Part shown: positions 36,498 through 50,232 of the stretch, piece by piece | How positions within the stretch are numbered: the stretch's first letter is position 1 | Layout of the letters: every line of letters begins with the position of its first letter | Assembly: GCA_030390025.1 (NCBI GenBank) | Contig: CM059433.1 | Coordinates: 108,376,001 to 108,440,000 of the forward strand | DNA length: 64,000 bases | Origin: Squalus acanthias | Taxonomy: Eukaryota | Direction: 5' to 3' | Made by a program: the position numbers and the translations under genes | Notes under the pieces: generated by a model | The model's input: only the letters and a program-made list of their open reading frames with translations | The model's database searches: none | What the model was told of the DNA's origin: nothing

Positions 36498-37610
36498 GGT
36501 TATGATCTGAAATTGTTGAACTCAATGTTGAGTCCGGAAGGTTGCAAAGTGACTAATCGAAAGATGAGGTGCTGTTCCTCGAGCTTACGTTGAGCTTCAT
36601 TGGAACAGTGTAGGAGGCCGAGGTCAGAGTGGGAGTGGAGAATTAAAGAGACAGGCGACTGGAAGCTTGGCCATGCTTGTGGACTGAATGGAGGTGTTCC
36701 GCAAAGCAGTCACCCAATCTGTGTTTGGTCTCCCCAATGTAGAGGAGGCCGCATCATGAGCAACGAATGCAGTATACTAAACTGCAAGAAGTACAAGTTT
36801 CACCTGAAAGGGGTGTTTGGGACCCTGAACAGTGGGAAGGGAGGAGGTAAAAGGGCAGGTGTATCTCCTGCGCTTGTACGGGAAGGTGCCGTGGGAAGGG
36901 GATGGGGTGTTGGGGGTGATTTGAGGAGTGGACCAGGGTGTCGCGGAGGGAGTGGTCTCTTCGGAATGCTGAAAGGGAGGGGAAGATGTGTGGTGGTGGG
37001 ATCACGCTGGAGGTGGCGGAAATGGCAGAGGATGATCTGTTGAATGTGGAGGCTGGTGGGGTGGAAGGTGAGGAGAAGGGGAACCCTATCATGGTTCTGG
37101 GAGAGAGGGGAAGGGGTGAGAGCAGAAGTGCGGGAAATGGAACAGACACAGTCGAGGGCCTTGTCAACCACGGTGGAGGGGAATCCTCGGTTGAGGATAA
37201 AGGAAGACACATCTGAAGCACTGGTATGGAAGGTGGCATCATCAGAACAGGTGCGACGGAGACGGAGAAACTGGCAGAATGGAATAGAGTCTTTATAGGA
37301 AGCGGGGTGGGAGGAAGTGTAGTCAAAGTAGCTGTGGACTCAGTGGGCTTATAGTGGATTTTGGTCGATAGCCTATCCCCAGAAATGGAGACAGAGAAGT
37401 CAAGGAAGGGGAGGGACCATGTGAAGGTGAGGGCAGGGTGGAAATTGGAAGCAAAGTTGATGAAATCTTACACTTCAGGACGAGAACAGCAAACGTCACC
37501 GATACAGTCATCGTTGTACCGGAAAAAGAGGCGAGGGAGGGGACCTGAGCCAGACTGGAAGAAAGAATGTTCCACATATCCCATGAAAAGGCAGGCATAG
37601 CTAGGACCCA

Positions 37611-38190
37611 AATAACAACAGAAAACGCTGGAAACACTCAGCAGGCCAGGCAGCATCCGTGGAGAGAGAAACAGAGTTAACGTTTCGGGTCTGGGACCCT
37701 TCATCAGAACTGGAAAAAGCTGGAGATGTAACAGATATTAAGCAGGTGCAGAGACAGGGAGGGGAGGAAGGAATTGAAGGAACATACTGTGCTTAGGTAA
37801 GAGGCAGGAAAGATAACATGTTGCAAATGGGAATGGCAAAATCATACAGCATGAAAAATGGGGGCAGAGGTTATAGTTTGAAATTGTTGAACTCAATGTT
37901 GAGTCCAGAAGGTTGTAAAGTGCCTAATCGAAAGATGAGGTGCTGTTCCTTGAGCTTACGTTGAGCTTCATTGGAACAACGTAAGAGGCCGAGGACAGAG
38001 AGATCAGAGTGGGAGTGAAGCGGAGAATTAAAGTGACAGGCGACCGGAAGCTCAGGGTCACCCTTACGAACTGAACGGAGGTGTTTCGCCCAATCTGCGT
38101 TTGGTCTCCCCAATGTAGAGGAGACCGCATCGTGAGCATTGAATACAGTATACTAAACGGGATTTCCTTTTGTCTCTTCAACTTCTAGGA
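37611..38190 (-). mobile_element. Nested Penelope 3' fragment (GIY-YIG C-terminus plus pLTR) with 14-bp TSD
   Basis: TSD atagctaggaccca at 37597-37610 and 38191-38204. ORF 37871..38113 contains PVACHFNS...EQHLIFRLGTLQPSGLN. Confidence 0.9.
37675..37711 (-). ncRNA. Minimal type I hammerhead ribozyme motif in Penelope pLTR
   Basis: Minus strand reads AGTT-CTGATGA-A-GGGTC-cca-GACCC-GAAA-CGTT-AACT: stem I AGTT/AACT, perfect stem II, palindromic AACGTT stem III, GUU cleavage triplet. Confidence 0.8.
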
Positions 38191-39374
38191 ATAGCTAGGA
38201 CCCATGCAGGTTCCCATAGCAACACCTTATATTTGGAGGAAGTGAGTGGAGTCAAAGGAGAAGTTGTTCAAAGTGAGAACAAGTTCAGCCAGGCGGAGGA
38301 GGGTGATGATGGATGGGGACTGGTTGGGCCTCTGTTCAAGGAAGAAGCGGAGCGCCCTTCGGCCTTCCTGGTAGGGGATAGAGGTGTAGAGGGATTGGAC
38401 GTCCATGGTGAAAAAGAGACGGTTAGGGCCAGGAAACTGGAAACTGTTGAAGTGGCAGAGGGCATTGGAAGAGTCACAGATGTAGGTGGGAAGAGACTGG
38501 ACAAGGGGAGAAAAAATAAAGTCGAGATAGGAAGAAATCAGTTCCATGGGGCAATAACAGGCAGAAATGATGGGTCTACCAGGGCAGTCCTGTTTATGGA
38601 TCTTGGGAAGGAGATAGAAGCCAGCTGTGTGGGTTGGGGTCTATAGGTTGGAGGCCATGGAGGGAAGATCTCCAGAGGAGATGAGGTCAGTGACAGCTTT
38701 GTAAATGATGGCTTGATGTTCGGTAGTGGGGACATGGTCCAGGGGGAGGTAGGAGGAGGTGTCAGAGAGTTGGCGTTCAACTTCCTCAAGGTAGAGTTCG
38801 GTTCGCCAAACAACAACAGCGCCACCCTTGTCAGCAGGTTTAATGACAATGTTGGGGCTGGATCTGAGAGATTTTACCAGTTGGTTTTAATGGACTTCCA
38901 GTTGCCTCCATCAAATTTGTTCCCTTTATAAATTTTCTGCTGAACCTCACTTGTGCTCAGTCATGATACACATATATTTCCTCTGTAGTCTCGTTCAGTA
39001 CCCAAGCCTATGTACCATCTAGCCCAGAGGTATTGTTGGTCTTAACTCACCCAAAATTTATCAAGTTTGCCATTCCTATACTCCGCCCAACGTTCTATCA
39101 TTCCTTTTGTCCTATATGCATTGTATTTCTTTTTAATTTCCCTTTTCATCTATTTTTGGGAATACTTACTTTTCTTGGATATATATTTATCTTGATTCAG
39201 TATTGTTATCCTATTTTCCTCAACTGATACAGTTCATTTCTTTTAATTCTTCCTCATTCCTTTGAAATTTTCCTTTTTAAAGTCATATATCCTGGTGCTG
39301 ATTGCCCAATAATCTTAATCTGATCATATTGTAGTCCCCAGTTATGATGGATGCTAGCCCTATCATTTTTTTTT

Positions 39375-39760
39375 TAATGTTCATTCTTGGATTGTGGACT
39401 TCACCAGCATTTATTGCCCATCCCCAGTTGTCCTGAGAAAGTAGTGGTGGGCTGCCTTCTTGAACCGCTGCGAGCTACTTCAGAGGGCAGTTAAGAGTGA
39501 ACCGTGTTGGTGTGGGACTGAAGTAAGGACACCAGGTTTCCTTCCCTAAAGGTCATTAGTGAACCACTTGGGTTTTTATGACAGTCCGCCTGCTTTATGG
39601 TCAATTTTACTGATACCAGCTTATTATTTCCAGATATTTTTTTAATTGATTTTAAATTCTCAAACTGCCTTGGTCAGATTTGAGCTCATGTTCTTTGGAT
39701 TATTAATCCAGGGCTCTGGAATACTAGTCCAGTAACATAACCCCTGCGCTACCGTATCCA
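39375..39760 (-). mobile_element. tRNA-derived SINE with LINE-like 3' tail
   Basis: Minus-strand head ggtagcgcaggggttatgttactggactagt. Related copies at 53000-53525, 54255-54450 and 61320-61610. Confidence 0.6.
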
Positions 39761-40606
39761 CATTTAAAGGAACCATATGTCTACTGGGGTCCTTGACACG
39801 TGAAGACCAAATTTATGAAATCGTGCTTCTGGTGGGGTGTCTCACTCACTGGAAGCACATGTTCGGAAATCACAGGCATGGTTTCCATGATTTTCTTTTC
39901 ATTAAAGAAAGAACTTGCATTTATATAGCACTTTTCACATCCTCAGGATGTTTGAAAGCACTTGACAACCATTTGAGTATTTTTGAAGTGGACTTACTGT
40001 TGTAATGTATTACAATGTGTTAAAATATTCATTTTTAACAGACGGAGAATCGTGGGAGTGTGCCTGTGATTTTCCCAATGTGTGTGCCTGGCAGATGAGG
40101 CTCCCACATGCGAGCATGCATTCATAATATCAGCCCTATTGAATTTAAAAAACAACATAGTTGTACCATATTTATTGATTCTGTTGCATCACTTCCATTA
40201 AGTAATTCCCAGTTTATGTTGGGTTGATTTGAAATTGCCAGTTCTGTTATGATGTATATTTTCCCAATCTCATCATATTTTAATATTCATATCCTGCTCT
40301 GTAGCAGGCCCTATTGTTAATTCATGCTCTACAAATCTGTTAATTGAAGTCCCATTATGTAACGTGTTTCTTCTCCTGGGATAACAATTGAGTTTCCTTA
40401 ATTTCCAAATTTTCATTGCCATCTAAAACTGCTGCCTCTGCTTTTCTATCCTTTGTGAACATCCTACCCACCTGCATTTAGAATGTTTTCTCATCATCTA
40501 GGGTGAATCATGTTTCAGCGATTTATATAACCATTTTCTGCTGCTTTTAATTCATCATATTAATGCTTACTAGTAATCTGTACTTTTTTTTTAGATTATT
40601 CATTTT

Positions 40607-41367
40607 GGGCTGGATTTTGAATGACCCGTGGAGTCGGGTTTGGAGGCGTGTGGGGGTTAAATTTGCGGGGTCGGGGTTTCCGACCCCATCCCGACTCCAT
40701 CCCGCCTCCACGCAATTTTGACAGAATCAGTCACGGGGTTCCCGACTCCGTCCCGCCTTCAAGAGGCGGGAGAGGCCATTAAAGCCCTTAACAAGCTCTA
40801 AATTGGCTCTGTAATGCCATTTTGAAACGCTGTAGCTAGTTTAACCCTTTTCCGACGTGAAGCACGCCTGGTGTGAAACACTCCAGTGAAACCTGGCGGG
40901 AGCACAAGTGGATAGCTGACTATCGGCTGCAGGTCCACTATTACAACGGAGATGTGATGAAGGTAGTAGTAGTAATATTAGGTCTGAACGTCGCCTCTGA
41001 TGCTGCTGCATTGAATGTCTTTAGAGACTGCCGGGGAGGACTTGCTTGGCAAAAACATTCATTCTCGCTCTCGCTCTCGCTCTCGCTCTCTCTCCCCCCC
41101 CCCCCCCCCCATTTTGCATCCAGGTCCACTCACATCAAAAGCCAGGCAGGTCCTCTCTCTCAGACTAGGCAGTCAGCAATGATGACATCATCAGAGGCGA
41201 CTTTCAGACTGAAAACACTAATTAGTTCATGGGTTCCCACATGCTCCAACTCAATTGCCCAATTAAGTGAAAATTGCATCATTCATCCACATTAATCTGG
41301 AGTCGGGGGGGAAACACGAAATGCGGATTACACGACCCCAACCCGACCCCAAGACAAAATCCAGCCC
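40607..41367. mobile_element. Harbinger-like MITE (gggctggattttg family)
   Basis: Perfect 13-bp TIR gggctggattttg/caaaatccagccc, TTT TSD, internal (tctcgc)n plus poly-C tract. Confidence 0.88.
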
Positions 41368-41444
41368 TTTGTGTTTTCTTTCTAGCCTACGTTTACTTTT
41401 TTTATTCTCCTCACTCCACCTCTTCCAATTCTGTCTGTAAGCTT

Positions 41445-41800
41445 GGCTCAGTTGATGGCACTCTCACCTCTCACTCAGAACACTGAATTCAATTCCCATA
41501 CAGGACCTAAATGCATACATTAGGCTGATACTCCAGTTCAGTATTGAGGGAGTGCTGCACTGTGGCAGATGAGATGTTGGACCAAAGTCCTAGCTGCCTG
41601 TTCCAGTGGATATGAAAGATTACATGGCATTATTCAATGAAGAGCAGGAAGTTCTCCCAGTGTTTGGGAAACATTCTTCCCTCAATCAACACCTTCAAAA
41701 ATAGATTAACTGGTTATTTAACTTATTTGAGAAGTCGCACAACACCATTTAACTTATTGATTGTGCAGTTCAGTCTGCTGATTTATAAGTAGTTAAAAAT
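41445..41800 (+). mobile_element. SacSINE1-like DeuSINE, degenerate
   Basis: ggctcagttgatggcactctc head and gaagagcagg.agttctcccagtg Deu segment. Confidence 0.7.
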
Positions 41801-43705
41801 TGATCATAACTTAAATTTCCTCCATACGTTAGCACCCTTTTTGGGAAGGAAAAACAATTCAGGAATGGATTGTTGAGGTTGTAATGAAAAAAAGCCTTTT
41901 AAGGAATTTACTTTCTATTTGGAATGGCTCGCTACTCCCAATTATGCAAATTACCATTTTTATTTAGCTAGAATGTTTGATGTTTTTCAGCATGAGATGC
42001 ACTGCTGATCTATAAACTGTCTGGATGTTTTATCAGCTTAGCCATCCTCCTGTTAGTACAGTTCAAGCACATTCTCGTATTGTGGCACAAACATTAATTG
42101 AAAGGAAACAAAAGCAAAATGCTGGAAACATACAGCAGGTCAGTCAGTGTTTGTGGAGAGAACAGACCAGAGAACATTCAGAACTGAAAAATGAAACATT
42201 GCCAAGTTTTATAGTAGAATCAGAACCAATAGAAGGGGAGGGGGGGTGGGGGGAAGTCAGGAAGCCTTCCTGGAATGACTGGCTTAAAAGGAAAATAGGA
42301 CATTGTTGCATGAGATGACCTATTGTCAGGTAGTGGAAAGGAGCATTAAAGATATTAGAGAAACAAAGAATGTGAGTGTACCTAAGGCAGCGAGAGGGAG
42401 ACCCAAGGAAAAGGTGAGAGGTGGGTGACTTTGAAAATACAGGAAGCCTGCAGATCAGATCTCAAATTAAAACAGCAAATGATGGTCAAATAGTGGGGAT
42501 CTGCCACTCCTGGAAAAAAGAAAAAAGCAGGTCGGCACTGGTTTTCTGTCAGATTTCTAGCATTTTAAAATGTTATTGTACTAATTGAAGGAAATTAACC
42601 CTATAATTAAATTATCCCCTACTGTGAATAACATGATGTTCAGAACTTGTCTCGGGTTAGATCACAGCCAGTAGCAGATTAGTAGTTTGGTTCCTATTGC
42701 GGCATTAATCAGATCTATTTTTGGATTTGACTAAAGTTGATGCAGTATAAAACTCCTGTGTCTCATGAATAATGTAATTCCTTCTTTGTATGAATATGCA
42801 AATCATCCAACTGCGCAGAAGAAAACTGTCTCACCAACTGCAAATATAGTAGCATTGCTGCCGTATAATTTAAAATCTGGTCTTGCTTAAAGGATATCCC
42901 AATGGGCAGATTGTAGCAAAGCTTAGTTGCTGAAGAATGCACAAAAACATCTACTTTTAGTTTTGCAACATTTTAGCCCACCTTGCCAAACTTTCATCTG
43001 AGAACTTGTGCACACATTTCATGCCGCTTCAGATTTGATGGATTCTGTTCCTGAATTCTAATGGAAGATTGCAGAGCTGTCAGGAGAGTCTATTTTTCTG
43101 AGCCCTATTTTATCAAGTCATGAAAACTCACCATTACATTGGTTTAAAATATAAAATATTTTCCTTTTTTTAATATATATATTATAATTATAATTTTAAA
43201 CAAAATTACACTTTGTTCATTGGCTAATTTGTATTCAAAATCAATTACATCTTGCCTTTTATCATAATAAAGAAGGAGAGTTTTTTTTAAAAGGCCACGA
43301 TAAACATTTTTATATCTGTTATTCAGAGTTAAAATATGCTATAGGTAGCCATAGTTACAGTTAGATCAGTTGTGGTTGTCGTTTAGCTAATTTTCAAAAA
43401 CTACTGGCAAGTTGTAAAACACTGAAATGTTACATTGGATAAATGTGACCATATCCACTAAATGAATTCAACTATTTCATTGTGTAAAGGGGAAGGTGTT
43501 TATTGTTTAAAAATGTGATTTAATAAAACCTTTTTATGCTGATTTTTTTTTTTGCTGCAAAGCCTTATAGATGGAAGAAACGCACAAAATATGCTGAGCT
43601 TTATATAGCAACCAAAATGGTTTGAAATGTCTTGAAAAACAAAAGATGTGTGCTTTTAGAATAAAACAGTCCAGGGTGTCAATGAGTTTGCCTCCATGTA
43701 GCGCA

Positions 43706-44320
43706 GAATCATAACAGCACAGAAGGAAGTCATTTAGCACATCATGCCTATGTCGGTTCTCTGAAAGAGCTATCCAATTAGCCCACTCCCCTGCTCTTTC
43801 CCCATAGCCCTGCAAGTTTTTCCTTTTCAAGTATATATCCAATTCCTTTTATGAAATTTACTTCCACCACCCTTTCAGGCAGTGCATTCTAGATCATAAC
43901 AGCTCGCTGCATTAAAAAAAAAATCATCCTCCTTTCCCCTCTGGTTCTTTTGCCAATTATTTTAAATCTGGGTCCGACTCTCCTGCCAGTGGAAACAGTT
44001 TCTCTCTATTTGCTCTGTCAAAATAACTCATCGTTTTCTGCATCTCTATTCAATTTCCCCTTAACCTTCTCTGCTCTAATCCCAGCTCCTATAGTCCTCC
44101 ACATAACTGAAGTCCCTCATCCCTGGTATCATTCTTGTAAATCTCCTCTGCACCCTCTCTAAGAACGTAACATCCTTCCTGAAGTGTGGTGCCCAGAATT
44201 GGGCATAATGCTCCAGCTCAGTCCTAACCAGCGATTTATAAAGGTTTAGCAGAACTTCCTTGCTTTTGTACTCAATGCGTCTATTTATAAAACCAAAGCG
44301 CTCATATACTTTTTTAAAGC
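43706..44320 (-). mobile_element. CR1 3' fragment
   Basis: Same subfamily as 15259-15535 (ccaccaccctttcaggcagtgcattc). Confidence 0.8.
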
Positions 44321-45070
44321 TGCTGTGTGTTTAACATTTTGTAGTACATTTATGCATTGCAATGTGATCCTACTGAAGCATTTTTTTATTCAAAGATCAC
44401 TTTCAGTTATATGTAAAATTCAAAAGCATTACTTCTGTGATTTCTTCAGTTTCAAATGGGAAACTTGAATACATAAAGTCTGCATCAGCCTAGCAGAATC
44501 AGTGCGCCATGTTGCATTGGAGTAATCCGAATGAGACTGAAACAAAACCATTATGCCATACTAAAGCTAACTTATTTTGCATTTGTATGTTTTTCCTTCT
44601 GATTTTTTGCCTTTACCCCTCCTCTTCTGAAAGTAGTGACTCAAGGAGATGCATTTCATTGTTAGTTTCAGTCTTTTTGAGGCTTTCCCCAAATGGCTAT
44701 TAATATTTTGATCTGGACTCTGGTTGTTGGTGGGCTATTGAATTCTGGGCCTATCACAGACAAGCCCAACTTTATCCTGATTTCGAATACAGACCTGAAC
44801 CTCCAGCAGGTGTCACTGGATTATGATCACGATTGGGAATCCTGGCGTGTGTGTGATACCAGCTTCCTCAGCTGAAGTGGCCTAATTTAGCATTGCTGCC
44901 AACCCAATCCCACTCATTAGCCTCCACAATTGTTCCCAACCTACTCTAAAGCCATGACATGCATACTTTGACCCAATTCTGTAGCCAGGTCTATCACCAC
45001 CTGTGATTAATGCCACAGGAGAGCTACTTTTTTTTTAAAAGAATTAATGGTACAAATACTTTTCTCAAAG

Positions 45071-45202
45071 CTGTGTAGCCTGGAGACAAGCAGGAAGAAG
45101 TTGATATTTGGAGGAACATTGGACCCTGTGACTGAAGAAAAGCTCAAGTTAATTGAGAAGGAAGTTCAGGAGCAAGAAACCCTTATTCAAGGCTACCATC
45201 AG
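45071..45202 (+). CDS. CEP162: CEP162 coding exon ([44 protein letters not shown])
   Basis: Acceptor tttctcaaag, donor CAG|gtattg, 132 nt. Matches recalled human DPVTGEKLKQIQKEIQEQETLLQGYQQ. Confidence 0.94.
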
Positions 45203-46778
45203 GTATTGGAACAAAGTTGTTGGTTTGTCTACTATGTGAATGCTGCATCAATGTTTCAATTTGGTTATTAAGTGGAAACATTAGATGGGTAGAAATTTTT
45301 ATAAAAACATTTCTTGTATCTGCCTTGTATCTGTGTTGTTTATGTTTTGACCATCAAGCTTGCCTGCCAGTTTTCTTCTTTCTCACTGCTTGTGTTATTT
45401 TTCTTCTTCCTAATTAGTTGCATCTCTGTTTTATCCTTTCTAATTGCTTATTTTCATTATTCATAAATCATACTGCACAAAACTTTAGTCCCCAGTTTTA
45501 ATTTTCTCCCCAGTCTTTTCATCAAAGAATATAACCCAGTCACTGTCGAGTTTAAAAAAAAAAAATAAACCTCCAAGGTTACTCACCCACCCCATGTTCC
45601 TGTAAAAAATAAAATTTCTCATATAATAAACAAATAAAAATAAAATCAACTGGAATCTTATCCATCCCTTTTCCCTGGATGCCCCAACACAACTTGCTGC
45701 ACCTCATGAATACTACTGATCCCCGGTATACACTCCACCTTATAGTTCGTGGCTTGGCCTTTTCTCTGTGCATGAAGAAATAAGATGCCATATTCTTCTC
45801 TCCACCCTAAGGCTTCTAGTGTCCACTTCAGGCGTCTCAGACGGTTGGCGTTACTGTCCTCTTTCTTGTTACTTCTCGCATGCTCCTCGGGCTGTCCTTA
45901 ACCTCCCCATGTCAGCTTTCACATTCTCATCCTGCCTCAGCAGCAGACTTTCCCCTTCTCTTGGACTCACCTGCTCTGTGTTATGTCCAGGTTCAGGTCT
46001 AGGACCGGACCCAGTCTTTGCTCTGCTCCTTATACTCTCCCAGACAGATTGCATTTATAATATCGGACTCATTCATCCATTGGATATTTATATAATTTAT
46101 GTTTATGTAATCATCTTTTGGAGATTTCTGTATAGTACATGCAAAATTGTATTTATTTAGCTATTGGGTGTTTTTATCATTTGTAATTTTGGAATAATTA
46201 ATTTATACAGTATATATAAACAAAAAGGTTGTGTCCGCAGTGCACCATCATATCTCTGAGAGCTGATTGATTGATTCATGATTAGCACAAGACTGTTGAA
46301 GCATTATAACAGATGTGATTACCAGGAACAAATCTCCATGCTCCCAACCTAACTATCATTGCAACCAAGCCCCTGCTTCCTTGTGATCTTTAAACCCAGC
46401 CTCCAGGACCTGATGCCCACTCTTTCCTAGCCAGAACCCCAAGTTACAGGAAAAAACAGTGAGATGTATAGAGAGAATAGAGTGGCAAACATAGAGGCCG
46501 TGCAAATTTAGTCTTGTATTTTTTAAAAATTGAATATTGAAAGGCCATTGAGATTGTTGATGTTTTGCAAATACCTGATGTCATTGTTCTCAGTTTGATT
46601 TAGTAAAAAATATTTAATAATGTGTGGGGAGCAAAAATCATACTTCCATTAATATAGCGTGTAAAGGAATAGTGAAAAGTAGTTTTACTTGATTGTGGTG
46701 GGCAACAAAACAAAGATTAGAGAGAAAAAGAAAAGCTGCTTCCACTATCTAGATGCTAGCAAAGACCTGTGTTCTATT

Positions 46779-47490
46779 GGGCCAATTTTCATGGCGTTAC
46801 CACACCGTTTACGCCTAAAGATGGGGCAGAAACGGGACCAAAATTGCAGGAAATTGAACAACCAACCGATAGCTGGAGGTCCGCACATTCCGATTTTCGG
46901 GTAGACCTCAATTTAGATAACCCCAGTTCCCATTGGAAACTGGTTTCATTAATGTATTTGCATTGGGTCAAATGATGCAATTAAGACCCTGATGCTATTT
47001 ATATCTCTGCCCACATTGCTTCTGCCAGTTCCTCTACCCACCCACAAACCCTGGATGGTACAAGTTGGAATGTGGCCATTTCTATGGTATTAAAGGGATC
47101 CTCACATGCTCTCATCTAAAATGCTGCAGAGGTTATCCTCCCAATAGAGTGTAGAGGCGCAGGACAACATACCTGTAGTTCTCTGAGGAGCAATGCATAA
47201 GGAACCTTAAGTTTCTCCAAGGAGGCTGATGCAGAGTTGTCACCTCCTGCAACAAGACCTGACACCTACTACCACAGCTGGCACTGCGTTGCCTGTTGCA
47301 GTCAAGGTATCTGCAACCTTCAACTTCTTTGCCTGCGGCTCCTTTCAGGCTGCCATAGGGTAATCAGTAACATAAGTCAGTCTGCAGTTCATGCTTGCAT
47401 TAGGTAACTGAAGCCATGTTTGCTAAATGAAATACTTTCATCACTTTCTCCATGGACAACCAGAAGTATCAGGAAACGGTTTTAAGGTTC
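46779..47490 (+). mobile_element. Harbinger element 5' part with decayed HARBI1-like transposase
   Basis: TIR-like start gggccaattttc. Manual translation gives YPPNRV*RRRTTYL*FSEEQCIR and [22 protein letters not shown]...ISQSAVHACI, typical of a Harbinger transposase N-terminus. Confidence 0.75.
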
Positions 47491-47799
47491 ACTCAATGTT
47501 AAGGCCGGAAGGCTATAAAGTGCCGAGTAGAAAGAGTTGATCAACTTTAGATATTAATCACTGCTCCCATTTTCTCTTGGACAGCAGGTGCTGATAATGG
47601 AATATGGCTGCACTAGAGCCACTGGGTGTGGGCTGGTCCTTGGGGTGGGGATCCCTATCCGTACACAGCCGGTGGGACGTTCTGCACCCCTGGGGTCTAT
47701 CTGCCTTTCTTCCACCACATTCCCGGGCCATGGCAGCCTTCTCTTCTTTGCCAGATTTTTCATGCTTGTTTCCTTCCCGCTCTGCTATTCTGCTGTAAC

Positions 47800-50232
47800 C
47801 ATGTACATCTCCTCTGGAACCATCTGTTTTTATATTTGTCTCATTATCCTCTCCTTTTGCCTTGCATCATCATCTCTTTTGTCATGTAATCATTCCTGCC
47901 CTCCAGCCTATCACAGGCCTCTCCCTTTTGTTCCTTTCCTGCCCCCACTTTCCTGGTTCTGTACTTGCTTAAGGGCTGTTCATTTCTAACATCTTCCAGT
48001 TCTGATAAAAGGCCATTGACCTGAAACATTAACTCTGTTTCTCTCTCCACAGATGCTGCCTGACCTGCTGAGTGTTTCATAGAAACATAGAAAAATAGGA
48101 GCAGGAGTAGGCCATTCGGCCCTTCGAGCCTGCTCCGCCATTCAATATGATCATAGCTGATCCTCTATCTCAATACCATATTCCCACTCTCTCCCCATAC
48201 CCCTTGATGCCTTTTGTTTCTAGAACTCTATCTATCTCCTTCTTAAATATATTCAGTGACTTGGCCTCCACAGCTGTCTGTGGTAGAGAATTCCACAGGT
48301 TCACCACCCTCTGAGTGAAGAAATTTCTCCTCATCTCAGTCCTAAATGTCCTACCCCGTATCCTGAGACTGTGACCCCCCTCGTTCGAGAACCCCCAGCT
48401 AGGGGAAACATCCTCCCTGCATCCAGTCTGTCTAGCCCTGTCAGAATTTTATACGTTTCCACGAGATCCCCTCTCATTCTTCTAAACTCTAGTGAATACA
48501 GGCCTAGTCGACCCAATCTCTCCTCATACGACAGTCCTGCCATCCCAGTAATCAGCCTAGTGAACCTTCTCTGCACTCCCTCTATGGCAAGTATATCCTT
48601 TCTTAGGTAAGGAGACCAAAACTACACACAGTACTCCAGGTGTGGTCTCACCAAGGCCCCGTATAACTGTAGTAAGACATCCTTGCTCCTGTACTCAAAT
48701 CCTCTTGCAATGAAGGCCAACATACCATTTGCCTTACTAACTGCTTGCTGCACCTGCATGTTTGCTTTTAGTGACTGGTGTACAAGGACACCCAGGTCCC
48801 TTTGTACATCAACATTTCCCAATCTATCACCATTTAAATAATACTCTGCCTTTCTGTTTTTCCTACCGAAGTGGATAACTTCACATTTATCCACGTTATA
48901 CTGCATCTGCCATGTATTTGCCCACTCACTCAACTTGTCTAAATTGCCTTGAAGCCTCTTTGCATCCTCCTCACAATTCACAATCCCACCTAGTTTCGTG
49001 TCGTCAGCAAACTTGGAAATGTTACATTTGGTTCCCTCATCCAAATCATTGATATATATTGTGAATAGCTGGGGCCCAAGCACTGATCCCTGCGGCACCC
49101 CACTAGTCATCGCCTGCCACCCTAAAAAAGACCCATTTATTCCTACTCTCTGTTTCCTGTCTGTTAACCAATTTTCAGTCCATGCCAGTATATTACCCCC
49201 AATCCCATGTGCTTTAATTTTGCACACTAACGTCTTATGTGGGACTTTATCAAAGGCCTTCTGAAAATTCAAATACACCACACCCACTGGTTCTCCCTTG
49301 TCTATTCTACCAGTTACATCCTCAAAAAACTCCAGTAGGTCTAATCCCGTTGATATTTCCTAAGTGTCCTGTTTTCACATCCTTTATAATAGACTCTAGC
49401 ATTTTCCCCACTACTGATAGGCTAACCAGTCTGTAGTTCCCTGTTTTCTCTCTCCCTCCTTTTTAAATAGTGGGGTTACATTTGCCACCCTCCAATCTGC
49501 AGGAACTGTTTCATAATCTATAGAATTTTGGAAGATGACAACCAATGCATCCACTATTTCCATGGCTACCTCTTTTAGTACTCTGGGATGCAGATTATCA
49601 GGCCCTGGGGATTTATCGGCTTTCAACCCAATTAATTTCTCCAGCACTTTTTTTTACTAATACTAATTTCCTTTAATTCCTTCTTCTCGCTAGACCCTTG
49701 GTTCCCTAGCATTTCTGGGAAGTTATTTGTGTCCTCTTCCATGAAGACAGAACCAAAGTATTTGTTTAATTGCTCTGCCATTTCCTTGTTCCCCATTATA
49801 AATTCTCCCGTTTCTGACTGTAAGGGACCTACATTTGTCTTCACTAATCTTTTTCTTTTTACATACTTGTAGAAGCTTTTACAATCCGCTTTTATGTTCC
49901 TTGCAAGTTTACTCTCATACTCTATTTTTCCCCTCTTAATCAATCGCTTGGTCCTTTTTTTGCTGAACTCTAAACTGCTCCCAATCCTCAGGCTTGTTAC
50001 TTTTTCTGGCAACTTTATATGACTCCTCTATGGATCTAATACCAACTATCTAATACTATCCTGAATTTCTTTTGTTAGCCATAGTTGGGCTGCTTTTCTT
50101 TTTGTGTTTTTGCGCCAGAAAGGAATGTATAGCTATTGCAATTCATGCATTCGTTCCTTAAATGTTAGCCATGTTTCCAGCATTTTCTGTCTTTATTTCT
50201 GATTTTCAGCATCTGCAGTATTTTGCTTTTGA
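47800..50232 (+). mobile_element. Penelope 3' region/pLTR split by a CR1 insertion (48079-50171)
   Basis: pLTR ...agatgctgcctgacctgctgagtgtttc resumes at 50172 as tgtttccagcattttctg. The hammerhead core is degenerate (ctgataa). Confidence 0.8.
48079..50171 (-). mobile_element. CR1 LINE, 5'-truncated
   Basis: RT ORF 48622..49287 (FQKAFDKVPH, QGSVLGP, FADDTK), flanked by duplicated tgtttc. Confidence 0.93.

Larger units (their letters stand above)
35565..38870 (-). mobile_element. Penelope-like element (RT plus GIY-YIG endonuclease plus pLTR), disrupted by a CR1 fragment and a nested Penelope fragment
   Basis: RT motifs FFTMDVQSLYTSIP, LTLNNFSF, GPSYACLFMG and FRYNDD; linker DRVPLLLTFHP; pLTR at 35565-35700. 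Confidence 0.92.

Noticed and set aside
43571-43600. ATG GAA GAA ACG CAC AAA (MEETHK) after a T-tract, resembling a human CEP162 peptide
   Set aside because: Stop after eight codons, and the orthologous segment is already encoded at 60211-60374.
50034-50056. 9-bp duplication atctaatac around a 5-nt insert
   Set aside because: Too short to distinguish from replication slippage.
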